This document shows positions 57,601 through 64,000 of a stretch of DNA of 64,000 nucleotides, one piece after another. Below the pieces are notes generated by a model, which was not told the DNA's origin, searched no databases, and saw only the letters and a program-made list of their open reading frames with translations. A program made the translations under genes and the position numbers. The stretch is taken from positions 37,932,388-37,996,387 of the forward strand of contig NC_092670.1 in assembly GCF_964355755.1 (NCBI RefSeq), read 5' to 3'. How positions within the stretch are numbered: the stretch's first letter is position 1; each line of letters opens with the position of its first letter. The DNA comes from Antedon mediterranea (lineage: Eukaryota; Animalia; Echinodermata).

Positions 57601-60600
57601 ATAACGAAAGTGACGACGAATAAGTAAAGTAATTAAACACAAATATTATTATGTTGTTATGTTGGTTCCTTTATAGCCCATGTATTTAATCAAAGTTAAA
57701 GAAAAAACAATTTTATTATGTGGCCATTTCAGATAAAAATGGCGGCCATGTTGGATAAAATGGCGACCATTTTGGTTGAAATGTCAGTCATTGTTCTGTT
57801 ACACAAATGATGTGAAATATTATTTAAACATTGTTACTTATATGACTGAATTTCCATCTCGATAAAACATCTTTTAATGCCATAAACTTACAATATTTTA
57901 AAAAAATTTGTCAAAAATGGCGACCAATTTGAAATTGCTGCCAACCCCCCTTGCCTATAAACACAAAATGGAAAAAATACTTTTTGGATTCAGTGATGTC
58001 TATTCTACAACATATCCAATTGTAAATATAGGTGAATAAAAAAATATTTGATTGATATATGTGGCAATTTTAGATAAAATGGTAGCCATGTTGGCTAAAA
58101 TGACCATTTTGACTTGTTCAGTTACAAATATGATGTGAAATATTATTTAAACATTTATTGTTACTTTTATGATTGAATTTCTATCTTGATAACATCTTTT
58201 AATGTCATAAACTTACAATATTTGAAACAATTTTGTCCAAAATGGCGGCCATTTTGAAATGGCTGCCAATCCCCCTTGCGTATGAAAAAAAAAATGGAGC
58301 AAATACTTTTTGGATTCAGTGATGTCTATTCTACAACATATCTAATTTTTACCAAATATATGTGAATAAAAGTTTAAAAAAATATTTGATTGATATATGT
58401 GGCCATTTTAGATAAAATGGTGGCCATGTTGGATAAAATGGCAGCCATTTTGGGCATAATGCCGGCCATTTTGGCTTGTTCAGTTACAAAAATGATGTGA
58501 AATATTATGTGAACATTTATTGTTACTTTTATGATTGAATTTCTATCTCGATAACATCTTTTAATGCCATATACTTACAATATTTTGTCCAAAATGGCGG
58601 CCATTTTGAAATGGCTGCCAACCCCCCTTGCGTATGAAAAAAAAAATGGAGCAAATACTTTTTGGATTCAGTGATGTCTATTCTACAACATATCCAAATT
58701 TTATCAAATATAGCAAAAAAAAATGCAACTTTCCAAAATATCCTAGACTAAATCATGAGTAGGAACCGACGACGCAACAGTGCTGCAAACATCACAGGTT
58801 TCATTTCTCGCAGGCGGGGGAAAACACAATTATAGGAAGGGCATTTGCTTACGTTGCGTGTAGTGCATTACGCTGCGTCGCTAGTGCGATGTTTGCAGCG
58901 CTGTTGCGTCGTCAGTTCCCACTTGTGATTACGCAATACAGCACTTTGCGTCAAAACGAGCGAGTCAAATGGCCGAGCGGTTAAGGCAGGGGCGCCGTTT
59001 ACCGTACCTTAAGATCCAACACCATCGGCAAGGGTTCGAGGCCGATTCGCTCCTAGTTCTGGTGGTGGAACAAGTCTTCTCGGATAAGGACTATAAACCG
59101 TAGGTCCAGTGTACACAGTTATAACCTGTGTGCACTTAAAAGAACCCAGTTCATTATTCGAAATGAGTAGGGGGTTACCCCGGTGAACTGGTTCACAAAA
59201 TAGCCCCTGTATCAGGGGGATTACCACCTATCTGATAGGACAGTAATAATTCACTATTGTTAATCCTTGGTCACATTGCCTAAAGACATAATAAAAAAAA
59301 AATAATAAAATAAAACATCGCTGCGTTTCGTTACGTTGCGTCGCGTCGCTGTGGAAACCACGCTTTATAGGAATATTAGGTAAAGGCTGGTTTCCTGTCG
59401 ACGTAAGAAGTTGAATTTTGCAACGATTCTTGCGTTTCATACGTTTCTTACGTCTCTTACGAAAGTTGAGAACAAATTGACGTCGTTGACGTTAGTCAAG
59501 ATCGTGTCGGGCCACAGAGAAACATCTGTAGTTATGCTGCTCCCGAAAGTTGAAATTTTGGCTGTGAAACACACGTCGTATGCTTACGTCGATTTTAGTG
59601 TTGTTACGAAAGTTGAAATTTTTTTCTTACGTCGGTCGGATTTATGACGTATTTGAAACAACATCTATGATTGGTGTTTCTTTTTAGAGCGGGTTTTATC
59701 ATTTTTCGCGCGAAATGTTGAATGTTGTTATTGTACCTGTAGCTACTCAGTGTCAGTGCAGCACACCAACATATTATTTTTAGTAGATATGCTAGGCCCT
59801 AGTATTAGTGATAATACTTAATTAATACTGTACTAATAGGAATGGATTTGACCAAAATATCAAACTAGCCTAGGAGCCAGGCTAATAGGCTAGGCCTATG
59901 CACTATTGTATGAACCAAAATATGAATTAATTATTCTGGCCTTAGTAGGCCTAGCCTTAAATAGTTTTCAAAATTAAAAAACGGCAAATCATTTCGGGAT
60001 TCCTATTATTATTAGACCTACCTATGGGCCCAGGCATACCAAAATATAATTTATATTGACAAAACAATATAAATTATACAAAATCAAGCAAACATTTTTT
60101 TTTAAAGTTACATAATAATATTATATTGCTTACAAGGGCTTTCTATATCTTATCTTGTTGCAAATGTTCATTTTCGCGACGTTTCTACCGACAAATAGAA
60201 CAGAAGAATGTCGAATGTTTCAATGCGGATTGTTTATTGCACGTCCATAAATAAGAGTATTATATTTTGATGTGAGTTGTAAACTCCCTGATTAGAACAA
60301 TATTATATTGAAACTACTGTGCATTTGTAAAGTATGTACATTGTACAACATCGTAAAGTGGGCTAAAATTGTAGTAGTACGGTAAATACATACAAATGTT
60401 ATTGTCCGGCTATATTTCACTGTAAGGTCATACACATTACGTCATAACTCTTGTCGCTCATTGGTTGCTTGTTACGATTGCGCTTACGTCTCTTGCGAAA
60501 GTTGACTTCAAGTCAACTTTCGTAAGAGACGTAAGAAACGTGACGCAAGGGCGTTCATTCAAGCGTAAGATAAAAAATCCCGGTTTCCTGTAAAATCGGA

Positions 60601-63551
60601 AGAAAACGTCGTAACGCAACAATTGTTAGGTCATCGGTTTCCTGTAAAATCGTTTGTCGTTACCATTTTTCTTACGTTACGTCGATTTTATAAATTTTCG
60701 ATCGTAATCGGTTTCCTGTAAAATCCGCATTTCTTACGACAAATCGACGTAGTCGCAACAAAAGTGATGTTCTTACGTCGACAGGAAACCAGCCTTAATG
60801 CAGCATCACAGTGTATTTAGCATGTATCGCCTATAGTATCATAGACCATAACCTACTGTAATCCTTAACTCAAACTACATGATACAGGCATGTCTTATGT
60901 GGTTATTTAACACTGAGAATTGGACAACTCCTAATCATGGAGGTATATATTCTGGGTTGACATAATATTAGTAAAAAGATATTTTTTTTCCACTTATGGC
61001 GTTTCATACGTATACTACTTGAGCTTGTACTTCAGACAAAAATCAAAAAGCCTCGAAATAACTAGACTTGGGCAAATCTGCTGGGTATATAATTCCATGT
61101 CCTAATCATGATGTCACATAGCAGTTGCAGTAACCATGGTAAAATTGTAAATTACATCATATAATACCGTAGTACATATCAGTTAATCAATAACCTTCAA
61201 ATATCTTTCCAGTAATGAGCTACATTTTTAAAATACCTTTCTGCCTTTCATATAAAAACAGCAAATATCACGCGTATCCCACTAAATTACACATAACTAG
61301 ATGGTACGCTCGCTTCGCTCGCGTACCATCTAGGTCGTGCCCACAGATGGTTCTCGAATACATAATAATTTCAGCGTTAAAAAACTGGCGATTTTAAATG
61401 TACGTACAATAATACATGTCGTTTACAGGAACGAATAAATAGACACTGATTTATGTACTCAACTAAAATTAGCACCCTGAGAATTACTTCCGAAAGAGAA
61501 ACTTGTCACAAAATGAGACCAATTGTTTAAGTCAAATTTAAACAAACTTAATTTGTGTTTTGTATGTAACATTAGGGGTGAGGGATGGGGAAGAGGGTGG
61601 GTGCAAAGAGAAACAATTTTTAAATATATTAAATATATTCTTTATCCATTTAGTAACGAAATATTAATTGTTTTCATGTTTTACAAATAATATATCAGTA
61701 AACACAGTAAAACATTGCTATGTAACACTTTGTTGAAACTATCACCGTCCTAGTCGATTGAAATAGTACAGTACATGTAACGATACATCACTACGACGTG
61801 TATGTTTATATAATGTAAAACAATTTGTGAAAACCACCTCTATTCGGGGAAAATCATAAAATCGATTTACTCGTCAATAAAAATTAAATTATCTAACTCA
61901 ACTTTATTAGTAGGCCTAATGGTTTTCAATTGTTTCTTAGAGCCAATTCATACTTAAGTTGGTTCCTACCCTACCCACCAAAGTTGTTCTGCGTTTAGGG
62001 GATTTGATGCACCGTAGGCCTATCCTCTACTGGCTTTACAACGCTACTCATGCCAGTGAGGGAAGGGTGATGATGTGGGTGGTTTAAATGCAATAATAAA
62101 GATTTGTACATAATATACGGCGACTGAAAACGCTAGCTCATTATCCGTTAAAAAAAAATTATATCCAACCTCTGCAGCACATTGAAAAAAAATGGATCGA
62201 ATTTCTGTTATGAGTATACAGTACTTGCCTTTACGACGCCTGAGGGAATAGACACTTGTGGAACAGAGATTGGAATGTTCCATTCATCGCAAATCAATAC
62301 ATTTGTATAAACGTATATTAAATCTATCAAAATAGTATTTTTTTAAGAAAAGCGGCCTGTCTTCAACATTATGATGCTGTACTCGAGCTGATCAACCGGT
62401 TTTCAGCCATTAAAAACAATTATCGTAGGAGGAGATAGGAAAATGCGAAGCATCCTCGTATTATTGTCTGTGGGTATTTTTCAAGACGGACATCCATTAG
62501 ACAGTGTATACCACGATCGAAAAACACCCCTATTTGGGGCAAATCGTTGAACCTAAATTCGTTTTAATTGTCAATAACTAATTATCTAACTCAATTTAAT
62601 TAGTAAACAGGGTTACATCAGGTGGTTAAAATCAGTACCGAGATTCTAACCAACTTTATATACCATCGAGTAAACATTCTAGAAAAAACGCGCGATTTAC
62701 CGAATTTTGCCCTTACGTAAATTTATATATAGATATTGTTACACCCACGACAATGGTAAAAAACACTATAGTTCTTTATACAGTAGATCGTCACGTGGAC
62801 ACATTTCATTGACTCATTCGTTTCGCAGGTGTACTACCTTGAATAGTTAATCTCTTGGCTCTAGACGGATTTTTTAAAACTTAATATTAGTTTAACCATG
62901 GAGTAAAGAATAAATTCTTTACTCCATGGTTTAACTTTTAAAAGAAATGTTTTGGCACATATGGCGTTTCATACGTTTACTACATGAGCTTGTATTTTAG
63001 ACAAACATCGACAAGCCGACTGGTGAACTAAGGTGTGGTTTAGAACGCAACACAGCGAAGTTTTGACGCAACGTTCTGTATTGCGTAATCACAAGTGAGA
63101 ACCGACGAGGCAACAATTCTGCAAACATCGCAGGTTTGATTTCACGCAGGCGGCCGGGGGAAACACAATTATTGGAAGGGCATTTTCTTACGTTGCGTAG
63201 GTTGCGTCACATTGCGTATTAAAGCGTGGTTCCCACTAGCGACGCAACGCAAGGACGTAACGCAACGCAAGTGAATTGACCAATCACAAGCGATGGCTTA
63301 TTCGCTTGTGATTGCTAACTTTCTATAACTTCGCTTGTCATTGGTTAAAACGCTTCCGTTGCGTTTACGTCCTTGCGTTACGTTCTAGTGGGAACCAAGC
63401 TTAAGTGGGAACCAAGCATAACATAAAAAAGGCAACACTACAGACTACCGTAACAGTGTCCCAATTACCTTAGGTTGCCTACAATCTTCGGCTCCTTGTG
63501 TATTACAATCACTATTGGTTGAAGATTCACTACACGTATAACACATGATTC
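51635..63551 (-). CDS. LU/three-finger (LYPD6-like, 12 Cys) - Thr-rich mucin - PAN/apple protein, 5'-partial (signal-peptide exon probably beyond the window)
   Basis: Exon 63551-63469 encodes GIMCYTCSESSTNSDCNTQGAEDCRQPK. Exon 53559-52011 encodes ICRNEVR..KNCQ..SC..DDC..STCISCCSTHYCN followed by mucin repeats. Exon 51888-51635 encodes RFRR and a PAN domain nearly identical to the 25517 paralog. Splice sites are GT-AG and phases 1/0/1 are compatible. Confidence 0.82.
54550..55197 (-). mobile_element. 5'-truncated CR1/L2-type LINE 3' end inserted in the Academ left arm
   Basis: LQTSQNKVARFIL...HHYMTR...TFYYTGIKAWNNLP..I...FKKNVKSHF, then a 3' UTR and a (caaat)n-like tail. Confidence 0.85.
55489..56038. 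mobile_element. Kolobok-like MITE (550 bp) inserted in the Academ left arm
   Basis: TTAA|AGATGTATTGTCCC...GGGACAATACATCT|TTAA. The empty site cttttaagatg is visible in the right arm at ~57055. Confidence 0.88.
56384..57623 (+). pseudogene. Academ protein C-terminal remnant (XPG-like nuclease + Cys-rich zinc finger), frameshifted
   Basis: Three consecutive ORF fragments in different frames (56384-56773, 56957-57328, 57354-57563) and an acidic tail. Confidence 0.75.
58958..59311 (+). mobile_element. Full-length tRNA-derived SINE with Deu/Nin core
   Basis: A box tggccgagcgg, B box ggttcgaggcc, core tcggataaggactataaaccgtaggtcc...aaaagaaccc...ttcgaaatgagtagggggttaccccggtg, A-rich tail and a short aaaac duplication. 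Confidence 0.85.
59384..60795. mobile_element. Non-autonomous Harbinger-type element (1.41 kb)
   Basis: TAA|AGGCTGGTTTCCTGTCGACGTAAGAA...TTCTTACGTCGACAGGAAACCAGCCT|TAA, a perfect 26-bp TIR, with subterminal ggtttcctgtaaaatc repeats. Confidence 0.88.
61297..62733 (-). mobile_element. Helitron family H, intact non-autonomous copy (1.44 kb)
   Basis: Minus strand a|TC...terminal hairpin ctagatggtacgcgagcgaagcgagcgtaccatCTAG|t, inserted between A and T with no TSD. Confidence 0.85.
63223..63401. mobile_element. Harbinger-type MITE family B, nested in a related copy (~63030-63420)
   Basis: TAA|agcgtggttcccactag...ctagtgggaaccaagct|TAA. Confidence 0.8.
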
Positions 63552-64000
63552 CTAATTGAGATAAATTAATAGAGATGAATCTAGAGACAGTATTTTGTAA
63601 TTTAAACTAAACATTACAAAATTCTATTAAATTATTTTTTATACGCGCGTCAGATATCTATACAAAATGATCTACAAGTAGCTTAAATAAATAAATAAAA
63701 ATACGAATAATGTTAATAGTGAAATAGTAAGTGACTATCTATGGCAAATCTATGGAAATGTCAGTCATACTCTATACTTAAGAGTGACTCCAAAGACGGT
63801 GTAAGATCCTAATACATTATTAGTATAGAATGTTCCACTGGATACCCGATATCTCAGTGCCATATCTTGCCCCAGTATCATAGGACAATTCCATAATATA
63901 GCATCTGATGCGTATCACAAGTGATGCCTGTATCGTGTATGGTAATTAGCTGAACGGTCTATGATGGGGAACACATGTGATGCGCAGAATATTCCCATGA

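Larger units (their letters stand above)
53685..58750. mobile_element. Defective Academ (AcademX) DNA transposon, fold-back derivative
   Basis: TAG...CTA termini with a 3-bp TSD AAT (53682-53684 and 58751-58753); the uninterrupted MITE at ~63077 shows the empty site gcgtAATcac. Long inverted arms are rich in aaaatggc(g)gcc. Frameshifted XPG/PIN-like remnants (LIIDGMAVVQ, VVFDNY, EEVD, LPGFHAITGC, LPPTSGALHQHI) and a Cys-rich finger (CSCLSTCSHNTCTCKK..EMCKC) lie at 56384-57563. Confidence 0.82.
53611..59364. mobile_element. Harbinger-type MITE family B (TIR AGCGTGGTTCCCAC, TTA TSD) hosting nested Academ and SINE
   Basis: TTA|agcgtggttcccactagcgacgc...gcgtcgctgtggaaaccacgct|TTA. Relatives at ~36640-36765, 32638-32720 and 63030-63420. 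Confidence 0.75.

Noticed and set aside
58965-59050. Possible tRNA gene (also 11845-11895 and 7700-7765)
   Set aside because: A and B boxes are present, but there is no proper cloverleaf and the sequence runs into a SINE body.
63775-64000. Possible signal-peptide exon of the LU-mucin-PAN gene
   Set aside because: No convincing ATG-hydrophobic stretch with a phase-1 donor. The sequence resembles dispersed repeat-like DNA at ~24940-25010, so the exon probably lies outside the window.

Overview
AT-rich, intron-rich genomic DNA from an invertebrate animal. Deuterostome, probably echinoderm, is an inference from the Deu-core SINE, the Academ transposon and the gene content. Six protein-coding genes can be reconstructed by hand. 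(1) A plant-type class II PRPP synthase (PRS4-like, minus strand, 8 exons) lies head-to-head with (2) SRRT/Ars2 (plus strand, 19 coding exons), which contains a clear AT-AC U12-type minor intron. (3) An intronless orphan type-I membrane protein. (4) A secreted discoidin(F5/8C)-mucin-PAN protein. (5) TTC38. (6) A paralog of gene 4 that keeps the same mucin stalk and PAN tail but carries a 12-Cys LYPD6-like three-finger (LU) head, split by a 9.9-kb intron. The rest is dense, often nested, non-autonomous transposons: Harbinger/Tourist, Kolobok and hAT MITEs (8-bp and 5-bp TSD types), Helitrons, a Helentron, a fold-back AcademX derivative, Deu-SINEs, LINE tails and minisatellites. All calls come from manual reading; no database searches were run.
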